A stretch of 63,993 nucleotides of DNA, the filler included, from Octopus bimaculoides (taxonomy: Eukaryota): the NCBI RefSeq assembly GCF_001194135.2. It is 8 parts of 7 records of this genome, joined end to end, with 100 filler letters (N's around TTAATTAATTAA, not from the genome) between each part and the next. Parts side by side here need not be neighbours in the genome. Positions count along the whole stretch, not along the records: positions 1 to 17,042 come from NC_068985.1; 7 more parts are not named here. The stretch is one strand, 5' to 3'. A program made the position numbers and the translations under genes. Under the pieces are notes generated by a model. The model worked only from the letters and a program-made list of their open reading frames with translations. It searched no databases and had not been told where the DNA came from. This document shows positions 1 to 13,637 of the stretch, in pieces; within the stretch, counting starts at the first letter, position 1; each line of letters starts with the position of its first letter.

Positions 1-216
1 GCCTCTGTACAAGGCAGCCATCCAGCCGCGGAAAATGGGACCGAAGCCGGCCGCTATGAGGACAGCCTCCAAGTATTGATGGTCTATCCTATCGAAAGCT
101 TTCGATTGATCTAAATTGATCAGGGCCCCACCCATGCCAGGTTCCTTAACTACCCTCTCTATGATGTAGCGCATCAGATGGAGGTTGTCATGGATGCTCC
201 TGCCCGGCACCGCGCA
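1..216 (-). mobile_element. Tx1/L1-clade LINE reverse transcriptase fragment
   Basis: Minus strand reads CAVPGRSIHDNLHLMRYIIERV...LINLDQSKAFDRIDHQYLEAVLIAAGFGPIFRGWMAALYRG, an RT segment with GRSI.DN and LDQ.KAFDR motifs. It runs off the window edge. Confidence 0.85.
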
Positions 217-217
217 C

Positions 218-271
<54 letters not shown>
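218..271. repeat. (AGAT)n microsatellite
   Basis: Direct reading. Confidence 0.95.
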
Positions 272-356
272 TATCCAGTTGCTTTTCTTTATAGGCCAAC
301 TTAAAGGTAACAAGCAAAGGAAGTGATTACTAGAAGCACTCTTCCTTGGAGAATTC

Positions 357-562
357 GGATCTATTTTAAAACGGGGGCGCCAGTATTTTCTTAACGAAAC
401 ACTAACGAAACACTTTGAAACTTGGGACACTGGTAGAATGTGTCATATAAAACATCTTTTACTCTTAGTCTTCTTAACAAAAAAAAGGAATTCGCAAGTT
501 TATTCCATGTTAAAGTTGTCGTATTTCTGTAATTTCAACCAATCACTGACGTCTATTCAGCT
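357..562 (-). mobile_element. Right arm of the GGATC-ended telomere-repeat MITE family, inverted
   Basis: Starts GGATCTATTTTAAAACGGGGG. It is the reverse complement of the right arms at about 1320-1504, 15590-15781 and 46240-46422. Confidence 0.8.
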
Positions 563-1201
563 GAATAGAGTTACTGCTGGGCGGTCATAAAAATGTTATT
601 CCCTGTGACATATTTCATCCGGTTTAATCGTAATTTATACGCATATATTGTTTATATAATGAATTACGCTGTGCGTATCTATGTGTGTNNNNNNNNNNNN
701 NNNNNNNNNNNNNNNNNNNNNNNNNNNNNNNNNNNNNNNNNNNNNNNNNNNNNNNNNNNNNNNNNNNNNNNNNNNNNNNNNNNNNNNNNNNNNNNNNNNN
801 NNNNNNNNNNNNNNNNNNNNNNNNNNNNNNNNNNNNNNNNNNNNNNNNNNNNNNNNNNNNNNNNNNNNNNNNNNNNNNNNNNNNNNNNNNNNNNNNNNNN
901 NNNNNNNNNNNNNNNNNNNNNNNNNNNNNNNNNNNNNNNNNNNNNNNNNNNNNNNNNNNNNNNNNNNNNNNNNNNNNNNNNNNNNNNNNNNNNNNNNNNN
1001 NNNNNNNNNNNNNNNNNNNNNNNNNNNNNNNNNNNNNNNNNNNNNNNNNNNNNNNNNNNNNNNNNNNNNNNNNNNNNNNNNNNNNNNNNNNNNNNNNNNN
1101 NNNNNNNNNNNNNNNNNNNNNNNNNNNNNNNNNNNNNNNNNNNNNNNNNNNNNNNNNNNNNNNNNNNNNNNNNNNNNNNNNNNNNNNNNNNNNNNNNNNN
1201 N

Positions 1202-1504
1202 TTTAAATTTGCTGTTTTACCCTAACCCTAACCCTAACCCTAACCCTAACCCTATCACCGATAGAATTGTTTCAGAATCGTTTGTTTATGTAGTCGGCAC
1301 TTAATGTATATCGGCTAAATGGACGTCAGTGATTGGTTGAAATTACAGAAATACGACAACTTTAACATGGAATAAATTAGGGATTTCTTTTTTTTTTAAG
1401 AAGACTAAGAGAAAAAGATGTTTTATATGACACATTCTACCAGTGTTCCAAGTTTCAAAGTGTTTCGTTAATGAAAAATGTGGCCCCCGTTTTAAAAAAG
1501 ATCC
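1202..1504 (+). mobile_element. Right part of telomere-repeat MITE with (CCCTAA)~6 core
   Basis: CCCTAA array at 1220-1253. Ends ...CCCCCGTTTTAAAAAAGATCC and is nearly identical to the right half of 45837-46422. The left part is lost in a gap. Confidence 0.85.
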
Positions 1505-2451
1505 ATTCCTGTACCTGTGAGAAGTTAGAGCTTTCATTCATATTGTTGGTGACCGTAAGGAATGTGTACTATTCACACATTGTTATTTTACTGAAGTGCA
1601 CCACGTCAAGCATTTTGATAAATCAGGTGGAACCGAATGAAAGACTTCTTATAGACGAGTCAATGTGTTTTCCTTTAAGAGGGTGAGATCTGATTCTATT
1701 TATAACAAGATCAAGTGACTACGTAGATCTGAACGTTTTTGTTTGGCGTGTATTGTTAGCCGCTACGTAGTTCAGTGATTATATAGTTCAAGTGTTGAGA
1801 AAGAGATGGGGAGTGGGAGAAAAGAATTACATTAAATAAAACCATACGTGCTTCAAATAACAACAAATAACCTGTTAATCGTTGAGGAGAATTGACTCAT
1901 CAGCGGTGGAGAAAGAAAGGGAAGCTTGGGAATGGGTGATCATTTCTGGAAGAAAAGTGTTCAGTATGCTTCACTAGGTAAGTGATTTCATGGATAAAGG
2001 AGTGATGATTAATAATACAACTGGACAAATGGCGGTGAAAGAATTGTTGTTGTTTCTGTCGTCGTCGCCGTTGTTGTTTATTTTATATCCTCTTAGGGGA
2101 ACAATAAGCATCGATGCAACTTAGGAAGACAATCATTCATACATTTCTAATTCATGAGAAGGCCTGTGAAGATTTGTGTGTTATCGACAGGCCCTGTCCC
2201 GAAAGTTGGTGTTGTTGTTGCTGTATATTTTTATATTCCCTTAAGTGAACAATAGCGTCGATGGTTACACTTCGTTTTTTAACAGGATCTTGTCTGACGG
2301 TGGGAGTAAAAAGGAAGTGAATGTAATGTAGTGGAGAACAGTTATTGCATGGAACTTCTCAAGGAAAGTACCGGTTTTCTTGACAATGTCAGACATTGGC
2401 AAAAGATTAAACACGTTGGTGCACACGCGCGCACACAGAATACACCCACGC

Positions 2452-2453
<2 letters not shown>

Positions 2454-2490
<37 letters not shown>

Positions 2491-2562
2491 CATGTATCTG
2501 ATTATCTATCTATCGATCTATCTATTTGTCTATATATCCATCAATTTGTGTCTGTCTGTTTG

Positions 2563-2617
<55 letters not shown>

Positions 2618-2620
2618 GTT
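2454..2620. repeat. Compound (TG)n/(TATC)n microsatellite
   Basis: Direct reading. Confidence 0.9.
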
Positions 2621-2935
2621 GTTTGTATTCGTAATTGTGTACCATGTTCTCCGTTTTTATTTTTTGTTTGTTTTTTCGTCTTTGTTGCCGTACGCATTTC
2701 CTAGCTTTCTTACATAGGGGTCTAATGCTCTTAGCTTAGACTTTTTGTGGGGCAACCAGATCGAATCATCTTAAATGCAACTGCCCGAAATGGTCGTGAC
2801 TTGACTGATGAAAGAAAGCCAAGAATGATCTGTCTTTTTTTACCTGTCCATCTAATTGTTGTTTCTCTTGTCCGCCTTTGCATCGTCTATCTGTCCGAAC
2901 GTTTTGATGCCCTCTATTACGTTTTTGTTCCATCT

Positions 2936-3046
<111 letters not shown>

Positions 3047-4558
3047 ATAAGTAACAAGGCTGTCCACGTATCAGTGCATTACGGCCGTTTCAAGCGGCTC
3101 CATTTAATCGATCAATGCAAACATTACACCAATTTTAAATAAATCACCCTCTTCGGACCATATAGGATACTCCGTTATAATTTTGGCAAATGTTTCATCA
3201 CTACCAGAGACTAAAATACATTACTTCGTTTTGCTATTATTGTAGCAGAATGAATTTAGCGAAAAAATACCTAAAGCCTACTATAATTTAGAATGGCAGA
3301 AGGAAATATTAGGAGTCAATAAAGAGGAATGGTGATATAGCTACATTCATCTTTATCCTTCATCTTTATCACATTCAAAAGACCTAATGCAGCAAGTAGT
3401 CTACATCCCCTTAGAATTAAAACCATTTGGAATTGACAGTTAAGTTCTTGTTATAGATGATGAATTAATTAATGTCAGATACTCTTCCCTACCCCTATTT
3501 CACTATGACCAGAAACTCAGCCATACCTACATAAAAGAATTTTCAGAAGATGCTAGCAAGATAATGATATATAGAGACAAGGTAATAAACCAGAAAGAGG
3601 AAGGGCAGGAGTGACTTACCATATCATGATTATCAACTAAAATGGAAAACAAAGGAGGTCACATTGAGATCTAAGTGTTGGAATTAAAAATACAGGGGAA
3701 AATGTACATCTAAACTTAGCAAGATTTATCTATTAAGATATTAAAATTTAGAAAAGGATTTAAGGACCCAGTAAGAGAAGAGGGATAGATAAAACAATCT
3801 AAGCCATAAGAGTGGGCGTACTTTTATATAAAAAGAAACCTCGTAATGTTTATTTCTAGCATAGCGTTAAAGTGGTCATGATAAAACTCTTCAACAATGA
3901 TAATAATAATGATTATAGTATAATAAAATTCAGATATCCGAGTAGGGGGTATACATTTTCTATTGAATCAAAACCAAAGAGCAAGGGCTAAAAAGTAAGA
4001 TAAATATTTCTCTAACAGTACACTTATTTAAAAACCTTGGAAAAGTATATANNNNNNNNNNNNNNNNNNNNNNNNNNNNNNNNNNNNNNNNNNNNNNNNN
4101 NNNNNNNNNNNNNNNNNNNNNNNNNNNNNNNTATATATATATATATATATACATAAAAAAATCATATATATATATACATAAAAAAATCATATATATATAT
4201 AAATGAAGTATATAGTGTAATTATAAAATATAAATAAATAAATATAAATACCATATTGTATTATATCATGATTACTATAGAAGGAGGTTTACAAATTCCT
4301 TCACAATCTATAGAAATTACACCAGTATATATGTGAGTATACAGATATACAAAATGCAGTAATGTAATATAAAATAAAATAATAAAATAAAATAAAACAA
4401 TGAAAGAGAAAAAAAGGAAAGAATATTTGTATAAATTTCCATTACAGGATTTATAAAATGAAAAAAAAAAAAAGAAAACAAACAAATATAGCAATTTTAC
4501 ATGGCGAATGCCATAAAATATGTACCGGAGATGTGTGTGTGTGTGTGTGTGTGTGTGT

Positions 4559-5550
4559 TAGAGTGACCCTTAGCAGTAGGTAATTTTCTGAAAGTTAAAA
4601 TTTTGCTGCTCCCACCCTGTTCCAATAAACAACAAAATGGGGTGTGCCAAATCTCAGCTTAATCGGACAACTGTTAGGCGACCCTCAAACGCCTTGAAGT
4701 TGGAACATCATATACACAACGATTAATTCTGTTCAAAAGCAGTATACTGTTCCCTTTCTCCACCATTTTCTTTTTTCTTCTTAGAGAAATTTATGTGGAC
4801 ACATCCAGGCAACCCCAACACATGTTAAAAATGTTTTGAATGAAATTTATCAATAGCTAATTTGAACATTTCCTGAAATGAGATTTTTAAAAAACTTAAG
4901 AAATATTAGGTTTTCTTAATAAAGCACACAACTTCTATAAGAGAAATGCATTTTTATTTACAACAATAATTTCTATAGAATCAAAAACATAATGTGAACA
5001 CTGAATATTGAACATTATTTTTGCATAAGAAAAGATTTATTGGCAGTTCTATATGTTTTACAGTTTTTGGTAACGATCTGTAAAACATTGTTTCTAAGTT
5101 TCATCTTTTGTGAAAATTTTATTGTAATCCTGAATGAGTTTGACACCTCTTTCTGCAACATCATTTACAACAACTGTCTTCTCAAGATTCTCAAGTCCAC
5201 TTTTGTAACTATGAAATTCCTTCCATGTTGAAGGGTCTTTGTCGAGGAAATCAATACTGATAGAAAATCACAGTTTCTGGTGCTAAATACCAGAGATGGT
5301 TGGAAACTTTTTTTGCAGCAGCCTTACTGATTTCTGGATCAATATCCTGATAATTTATCAGTTGATGCATGAATAGAAAATCAAGTTGACGCATGAGCAG
5401 GAAATCATTTAATTGCTTCTGATGACAGAAACCAGGCTCAAAGATACACTCGAGCAAGAAAAATACATATTCTTTTTAAAAAGTTCTCCCCAGGAGATAA
5501 CTGAAATTTATCTTGAAACAGGAATATCTTGAATGCGTAAATTATTGAAC
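4559..5550 (-). mobile_element. Degenerate hATm-like DNA transposon 3' end with transposase C-terminal remnant
   Basis: Terminus TAGAGTGACC at 4559. Minus-strand frames give IIYAFKIFLFQDKFQL...ICIFLARVYL*AWF, DIDPEISKAAAKKVSNHLWYLAPE and VVNDVAERGVKLIQDYN, with stops and an internal deletion. The hATm assignment rests on my memory of the HLWYL/NDxAERG motifs and TAGRGTG ends. Confidence 0.65.
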
Positions 5551-5718
5551 TAACTTAGTTTCGAAGTACTTGAAGTACCGTAGACAACAATAACCACCAG
5601 CTGATGCCTTGAGGTTCAGTGATGATCGTGAACACCTGATGAAACTAAACCATTATTTACGTCTACAAGACTTTGAATGATGTGGAGGAGGTTGACTCCA
5701 CCTGTTAAGAAACACACC

Positions 5719-5775
<57 letters not shown>

Positions 5776-7353
5776 GCGTGTGTGTATATAAATGGCGGGA
5801 TTTTGCTTTAAGCAGGCCATATATAAATAGCGGAAATCCGCTTTAAGAATGCCCCATTACTAAATTTTTATTATTTTTTGAAATTTTTAGAAAATCTTTG
5901 CGCATTTGCGTTCTACACACGGGAATTCAAACAACTATGAACAAAGTTGTTTGTTTTTTTTTAATTTTACGATTTTCTTTTTTTCTTAAATCAGAGTTTA
6001 AAATACTGACAGTTTTTTTTTTGTTTGTTTTTTTGCTTAAATCCCAGCAATAGACTATTATATTTATAGGGAGAGAGATATTGAAAAACATCAACATATC
6101 AGAGTGACAAAGAAACGAGGAGGGTATCAGATGGTTGTGAGATATGCCAAAAATAATAGCTCAATAGCCCTTAAATCACACACAAAGAAATCTTTGGGTT
6201 TTTTTTTTTTTTGGTTTTTGCATAATCACATGACTTCCCTTTTGTAAAACACAAATTCACAAAAACATTTTGGAAAATTCCTAAAAATAAAATAAGTTAT
6301 GAGGAGTTATGTGGCGTGCTTAAAGTAGAATTGGGATCTTTGTGATTTAGGTTACTGCTTGTCGAAATCTTTAAAAACATTTTTTAATGTAGGATATCGG
6401 TGTAATTTGTGATGAGGAATCCAAATTTGTTATCCATTTATTCCAGAAAAATTTTGCGAAAACATTACTTGTGTTCAAAGTTTGATAATTTTCAGAATTT
6501 GCAGCCAATCAGAAAACAGTGCATTTGCTGCCTCTTCTATCGTCTGTCACAGTATCAAGAAGTGGGGGTGGGGACGCCAGCATGTCAAAACATTAGAAAT
6601 AACAGGGAAAAATCTCTATACCGTTCTCAAATCGAATTTCTACTGTTATGAAAACAAAGCAATTATAGAACATGGTGGTTATACTCCTTGTGCGCATACG
6701 CAGCGTCTTTGGTTACTATGAAAACAGAATTCTTTACTAACAGTTATGAAACTCGTGGTGGTTACACTCCTTGGTTACTATGGAAACAGAGTTCTTTGCT
6801 TACTATGCTAACAGAACTTCACGGTGATGGGTAAAATACTCACTTCTGGTTGCCTAAAATACCCAAATTTTGCAAGCTTTAAAGGCTAATAACTTTTTTA
6901 ATTATAAATGTATAGGAAAAAGATTTTCATTTTCATAATTAGTATACAAAACTTAATCCATATACCAAATTTGAAAACAATTAGAACAAAATTAGAGATA
7001 GTGATACAAACCACAAAGATACCATAGAGAGAGAGACAGACAGACAGAAAACAAAGTTATTTTATTCTACACGGGTAGAAATATAGGAAAAATAGAAGTT
7101 GCAAATACACTGAGAATAGTTAAAACATTTTTTATTAAAATATTTGAAGCTTTAAGCAATTTCACAGTTTACATTGATTTACAAAAGGTTTAAATTAGAA
7201 AGATATGGCTTTTGTCGCAGCTGTCTTGCTTCTGACTAGTGTTTGAAGTTTGCCCTGTTTTCATAGGGAGTTCATAGCTCAAATTAGTATATGTTTTCAA
7301 TAGGATTTGATTGGTAGAGGATAGTCACATGACTGGTCTTAGAAATTTTTGTA

Positions 7354-8473
7354 TTCGGTTGGCAACTAAGTTCCCGCCGTTTTTTTTTTTTTTAAATTTA
7401 AATTTTCTAAAAGGTTTAATAAAAAATAACAACTAATTAATCAATAATGTATTCCCCCTTGAGGTTTACAACTCATTCCCAACGTTCAACAAGATTTTCA
7501 ATACTTCGTTGGTAGAAATCACCCGATTTCGACTCAAAAAATTTATCCAAACAAGCCCTCAATTCTGCATCAGTATTGAACGAAACTCCGCACATAACTT
7601 TTGAAAGAGATCGAAAGAGGTGGAAATCCGTTGGTACCAAATCAGGAGAGTACAGCGGGTGTGGCAGCACTTCCCAGCCATGCGTTTGAATGGCTTCCTT
7701 GGTAATATTGGCGATAGGAGGGCGGGCGTTGTCGTGCAGCAGAAGAACTCCATGCTGCAGATTAGGTCTTTTCTCTTGAATAACCGTATTGAGTCGTTCC
7801 ATCCGTTGAACATAGAGTTCCGTGTTGACCGGTTGGTTCCGTTCAAGCAATTCGTAATGGATAATCCCTTCCCAGTCCCACCACAACTTCGTTTTACGCG
7901 GATGAAGATCTTGTTTCACGCGCGGTGTCGCTTGTTTACCGGGGCTAAGCCATTCCTTACACTGCTTCATATTGATGTACAGGCACTATTTTTCGTCGAT
8001 AGTAACGATTCGGTAAATAAATCGTTGCTTGTGTCCATGAGTTGAGCGGTGACGAGCAAGCAAACCAGTGGAGATTGTGGCTCATTGATTTTTGTTGTTG
8101 TTACTTAAAGCATGCGGAACCCATGCACCATACTTCTGAACCTTTCCCATCGAGTGAAAATGCTTCTCTATAGCAGTGTGGGAGCATTCCATTTTCCCTG
8201 CTACTTCCCTTGTCGTTTGACGAGAATTTTCGTGCAAAAGTTGGTTTAATCGCTCTTCATTGAACTCAACTGGACGACCAGAACGAGGTGCGTCTTTGAG
8301 GTTAAAATTTCCATTATTTTAACTTGGCATACCAATTACAAACGGTTCTTTCAGCTATGGCACCCTTTCCATACACAGCACAAGTGTCGCGAACAGCTTT
8401 TGTGGCCTTAGAACCTTGATTAAAAGCAAAAAGAAGGAGGTGTCGAAAATGCTCGTTTTTCTTAACATTCCAT
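7354..8473 (-). mobile_element. Mariner (DD34D) transposon with pseudogenised transposase
   Basis: TA followed by the mariner-type TIR TTCGGTTGGCAACTAAG at 7354. Motifs WVPHAL, TIDEK, HDNAR and YSPDLVPTD, with 34 residues counted between the last two Asp. Stops and frameshifts are present, and the opposite TIR is not seen. Confidence 0.92.
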
Positions 8474-8479
8474 CTCTGA

Positions 8480-8620
8480 TTTGCCTTCAATGCTGGTTTC
8501 TCCTTCTTCAAGCTTCTTCATCCATCTACATACAATGCTCTAGTCATTGGTGTCATCTGCATAAGCTACTTATAGCCTACTATAGATGTCAGACAGCCTG
8601 CAATTCCCATCTCCCATTTC
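8480..8620 (-). mobile_element. N-terminal HTH fragment of a second mariner-like transposase
   Basis: Minus strand reads MGDGNCRLSDIYSRL*VAYADDTND*SIVCRWMKKLEEGETSIEGK, resembling the mariner VYG.D.V..STVRRW..RF..G.TS.ED motif. Confidence 0.5.
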
Positions 8621-9278
8621 GTCAAGCGCTTGTAGCAGGAAAGAGAAGACTTATTTAATGTTTATAAACATAATTTATTGCTACATAAATCATGAAGATG
8701 TTCATGCAGTGTAAGAAAAGAAATATTCAGATGAAACAACGTGTATGGCAAGTGCAGAAAGTCTTCATTAGAAATTCAACATTCTGGCTTATTTTTACAA
8801 ACCAATACATATTTTTGTTGCCATGGTTTTTCTTCTTTTTCAAGCGTTTTAGGTTTAATATGCAGCTTTGAAAACAGTTATGTGTGGTGAGTGAATGCCA
8901 CAAGAACAGAAACACTCAGAAGTTTTGGCACTCAACTGAGCTACGTTCACAGAAGGTTTCTAATCATGCCACCAGACAATCATTTGAACAAAAGCCGTTG
9001 ATTTGACAACAGCTGGGTTTGTGCACACGATCAACTTGTGATTTCTAATGTGGCAAAACGTGGGATCGAATCCAGTTGTTATGAACTCAATGACAGCAGG
9101 TTGCGTCTGTTTGAAATCCATCTATGCCTGCAACGAAAAAAATACAGGAAGAAGAGTTACTGTAAAGGAAGAGTTACTCTCCCAACATGTGTAATTTGAA
9201 CGACCCGTATCAGTTAATAAAAAAAGTCATACCCACTTTTGCTTTACTTTCGATAAACCTTGTTATGTATGACTGTAC

Positions 9279-9324
<46 letters not shown>

Positions 9325-12178
9325 TCCGGTCTATTCCTCTTGTTTCTTCCACCATATACATTTGTGTGTGTGTGTGTGTTCGTTCGTCAATAATTATGGA
9401 TGTCGTCAGAAGTGCACCCATAGATAAACAGACCGATATACTTAAACAACTATACACATGTGGGTCTCTCTAAACACAGACGACTCTCATACACTCCCTA
9501 TCCTTCTACTTTTAGTTACTATCCCTTTTCTGTGCAGCTCACATAAGAGAGATAGCGCACAAAGCAGAGAGAGATATCGGAGAGGGATGGTGCAGTATGA
9601 GAGAGAAAGTTTAAAGCCTTGTTTAAAATCTAAATATTTTCAATTTTCCTAAGTCAATGTTTGTGTGACTTCTTTTAGCACAGCTAAATATTTAAGAAGC
9701 TATGTCAGACTATCCATTCACTAATGAGGACAGCATCGCAGATAGTATCAGCAGTAGTTAGCGCTGCTATGTAAATCACCTTGATGCAAAAAATATATGA
9801 AGTAAAGAATATTATTTTCTATGAGTTTGGTCTGTAAGGGGTTGTGCATCACATGGCATTACAGAACCTTACACGCCAGTGTTACTGTACTGATGTCGCT
9901 GACGCTCTCTTTGGAGACCTTTAACTCGGTACGTGCAGGAAAACAAATATATGTTGGGAAAAAGTTTCGGAGAAATTGACATTCCAGCACCCTCTGCAAA
10001 TTTCAGTCATGGTGGTCTCTAAACTAGGTAACTGGTGATATATCACATAAAGTTGAGTACTCATTGTGACTATAAGATAATATTTTTTATGACCAAAGCA
10101 GGGGCCTTTTCGTGTCAAAGTCCTATAATACCCGTATAGAACATGGACTATTCTATTAAGAACATAACAAACTCGTTGAATAAATAATATCCGAGATTAA
10201 TTACTAAAGGAAGCGGGACAAATTGTCAACAAAATGAGACGAGAAGCATTTTTCTTTGATTCTAATAATACAGCAACCACTACAGAACAGTATTAAGAAC
10301 AGGAACCAGCCACCCTCACTACCCAAGTTCAAAGACTTGGCACCCTCTGAAAGCCGACCTATAAGTTAACCACAAACATCCTCTTCCGTACATACATCAA
10401 CTCATTGCTTTCAGAACGAATAACCGACTTTAAGAAATTTAATACTACTACAAACACTTTTAAGTTTATTTATTTTTTTAATATGAAGTAGATTACACCA
10501 AATATAAAGAACTACTTTATGATAACATCATTAGAATAACATAAGCAAACCACAACATGCAAACACATGCGAAAGTCATAGCATAGTAAATTAACTTATA
10601 CAAGAGTGTAGAATGTTCAGCTAAGCGAGAAGCGTATCAGGGTTGCCAATTCTGTTCTCTCGCTAAATTCAGTCTTTTTATTATTTTCAGCGCGAACAGT
10701 CATCGAGTCACGCGCCCGCGTAATTTTAGTGCTCTTTATTTTGATTTAGTGTTAAAGTTGGTACTTTTGCATTAAAGCTAAATCAAAATTTCATTCGGAA
10801 TTTTGTCTGAAACTGAGGCAGAAAATTTTGCGACAAGGAAAACTGTTTTTCTACTCATTTTGAAGCCAATTATTATTGAAGTTTAAAGAGTTGGCAAAAA
10901 AAAATTGAAGCAGAAACACAAGACCCATCGAAATTATTGAATGGTCTTCAACATATTGATTCACTCAGTTCAATAATTATAATGCCAGTAAAGAAGCTGA
11001 ATGAAAATGAATGTGTACAGGATTATTTGGATCCGAAGCCATATCTTAAGAGTATTTAACCATATAAATTTTATATCAAATGATCGGAACTGTCCAAGCA
11101 TAGAAACATCAAGAAAAACTTTGAACATCAAATATGGACTTAAACAAAATGATAGACGATGTGATTACTATGGGTACTTCAGCTACATGCAATAGCCTGC
11201 ACTACCCCGCTGACCATCCGTGGTATATGTGTAGCGGGATGGTGTAGTAAAAGATGTCGTTGAGGTAGCAGATGAAATAGGCATGTGGACGACATCAAAG
11301 TAAAACAATGAGAAAGCATCGGATTGTGGTTTAAATAATGTAATTTAATCGACACTTGCATTTACTTGTTGTATATACCAAAAAATTCACTACATGACAT
11401 TACCAACTTGCTTCGAGTTGGTGAAGAAAATAAACAGGGGAAATACTGTATCGATGTGATGAGGTAGAACCGGGCATGTTTTGTGTCTGTGTGTGCCTTG
11501 GTCAGGTCGGTGGTGTCTGTTTATGCTCTGTGACTGTTACTGTGTTGGGTCGTTCATGCTGAATATGTGGTTCTGTGTTGGCTGCTTGACTGGCGCAAAT
11601 TACTTGCTGGCTTTCTCTTGACAGTCCGCCTGGAGATGGCTATCCGCCGTCCCTTGACGGATTGCTGTATTTATAATGGCCATGACAGCTAGAAGGACAG
11701 ACATACCACAGGAGTAATTTCTACTTATGTAGGTCGCCTCCTATCCACTTGAACCTTAAATGACACAGCTCAGGTCGTAGGTCGAAGGGAAATCCATCCA
11801 TCACTTTTTGACAGGACAAAGAAATTTTCTTCGCACTTGTTTGACCAATGGTGGATCAGACGATCGAGAATCCTTAGATTCGGTTTCTAAGTGTTAGTTT
11901 TTACATATGTATGAAGCAGTAATCCCGTAGTTTCTATGTTGAATTTTGGATAATTTTTCTCCGCTTAAGTACGATGATCTTCCGTAAAAAAAACATTTCA
12001 AGTACTTCATCGCATATATCCTAAGAAAACTTTAAAAAAAAATGTTTCCTGTTTTGTATCAATGGTAAAAATCCTAGGATATAGTATCTGTTACAGGAAG
12101 ATTAATAGTGTCTTTATGTCGACGTGACAGACTTCGATGCCATTAGTATGTATGTATGTATGTATGTATGTATGCATG

Positions 12179-12290
12179 TCATTATTCAGTTTTATTTCAA
12201 GATTTCTTGCCAATAGAGAAAGAGCCGGGTTCTAACCTAGACCCAAGGCTCCTTCAATGGAATTTCAATATCAACAACAGGGTATTTTTG
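12179..12290 (-). mobile_element. Short 3'UTR-only insertion of R4/Dong-like family, flanked by (TATG)n on both sides
   Basis: Near-identical to 40287-40400, which is contiguous with an RLE coding remnant. Confidence 0.75.
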
Positions 12291-12339
12291 TATGAATGTA
12301 TGTATGTATCTATGTAAGTTAAGGCATTAATAAGAATTA

Positions 12340-12726
12340 GAGAAATGCTTTGACTTGGCAGACCCGTTACTGGTATTTCGTCCGGCGTTCGTTCTGAGTT
12401 CAAATTCTGCCGAGGTCGACTTTGCCTTTCATCCTTTCGGGGTCGGTAAAATAAATATCAGTCTACCAGTGGGGTCGATGTAATCGGCTGTTCCTCTCCA
12501 CCAAAATTTCATGCTCTGTGCCTATAGATGAAAAGATTATTAAAAGTTAGAAGGCGGTAGCAAGCTAGCAGAATCATTACCGCGCCGGACATATCATTTA
12601 ATGACGTTTCTTCCGACTTTACGTTTTAAGTTCAAATTCTGCCGAAGCCAACTTTACCTTTTATCCCTTCGGAGTCGATGTAATCGATTATCCCATTCCC
12701 CTAAAATTGCTGGCTCTGTGCCAAAA
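12340..12726 (+). mobile_element. Two tandem tRNA-derived SINE family B copies
   Basis: B-box-like GAGTTCAAATTC and shared core GCCGAGGTCGACTTTGCCTTTCATCCTTTCGGGGTCG, as in 20752-21410. Confidence 0.8.
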
Positions 12727-13159
12727 NNNNNNNNNNNNNNNNNNNNNNNNNNNNNNNNNNNNNNNNNNNNNNNNNNNNNNNNNNNNNNNNNNNNNNNNNN
12801 NNNNNNNNNNNNNNNNNNNNNNNNNNNNNNNNNNNNNNNNNNNNNNNNNNNNNNNNNNNNNNNNNNNNNNNNNNNNNNNNNNNNNNNNNNNNNNNNNNNN
12901 NNNNNNNNNNNNNNNNNNNNNNNNNNNNNNNNNNNNNNNNNNNNNNNNNNNNNNNNNNNNNNNNNNNNNNNNNNNNNNNNNNNNNNNNNNNNNNNNNNNN
13001 NNNNNNNNNNNNNNNNNNNNNNNNNNNNNNNNNNNNNNNNNNNNNNNNNNNNNNNNNNNNNNNNNNNNNNNNNNNNNNNNNNNNNNNNNNNNNNNNNNNN
13101 NNNNNNNNNNNCTCTCTCCTTCGTCAATGTTTTGTAAATATACAAACTACGGAGCTTAT

Positions 13160-13428
13160 GGACAACACATTGCAAATCAGTGAACTTCATTATAAATGTG
13201 GGTAATTTTTCAGATTAACACTCGCACGATTTTCACTGGGGTGTTAGGGTTACGGTTTTGGGGTCAGGGTTAGGGTTTTAGGGTTACGGTTAGGGTTACG
13301 ATGAGGGTTAGTGTTATGGTTACGGTTTTAGGGTCAGGGTTAGGGTTTAAGGATTACGGTTACGTAATCATTGGCAGAACTGTGTAGCAACAGATCACCA
13401 GCAATTGCTTCATCAGAAATTGCCGTCC
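13160..13428. mobile_element. Unclassified short element with degenerate TTAGGG/TTACGG array (about 13240-13362)
   Basis: The array is seen directly. The ends GGAC...GTCC are only imperfectly inverted and no TSD was found. Confidence 0.4.
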
Positions 13429-13445
13429 TACCTCCTGCGAAAAGG

Positions 13446-13637
13446 AATTACCCTGCTATGTATAATCAAGGCAGCGCAAAAAGTTGTTTTGCACAAGCAT
13501 TTCTATAGCCAATTAGACGGATGAAATTTACGTACGCTTAATAATGTTACGCAAAACAGCCTTCAGACTTTCCCTATTAATTTCATCGTCTTTTGAATTA
13601 TAAACATATTTACATCATAAGGGTTTTTTCGTTGTAA
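13446..13637 (+). mobile_element. Helitron-related fragment cut by a gap
   Basis: 13579-13637 matches 31898-31956 with one mismatch seen. That copy ends in a Helitron-type terminus. Confidence 0.55.

Noticed and set aside
3200-3800. Purine-rich stretch with a faint RNase H-like IYRD...GRAGVTY reading
   Set aside because: Needs several frameshifts, and the similarity is too weak to call by eye
11440-11800. GC-richer block that might be a LINE 5'UTR with an HDV-like ribozyme
   Set aside because: I could not fold the nested double pseudoknot by eye and found no adjoining ORF
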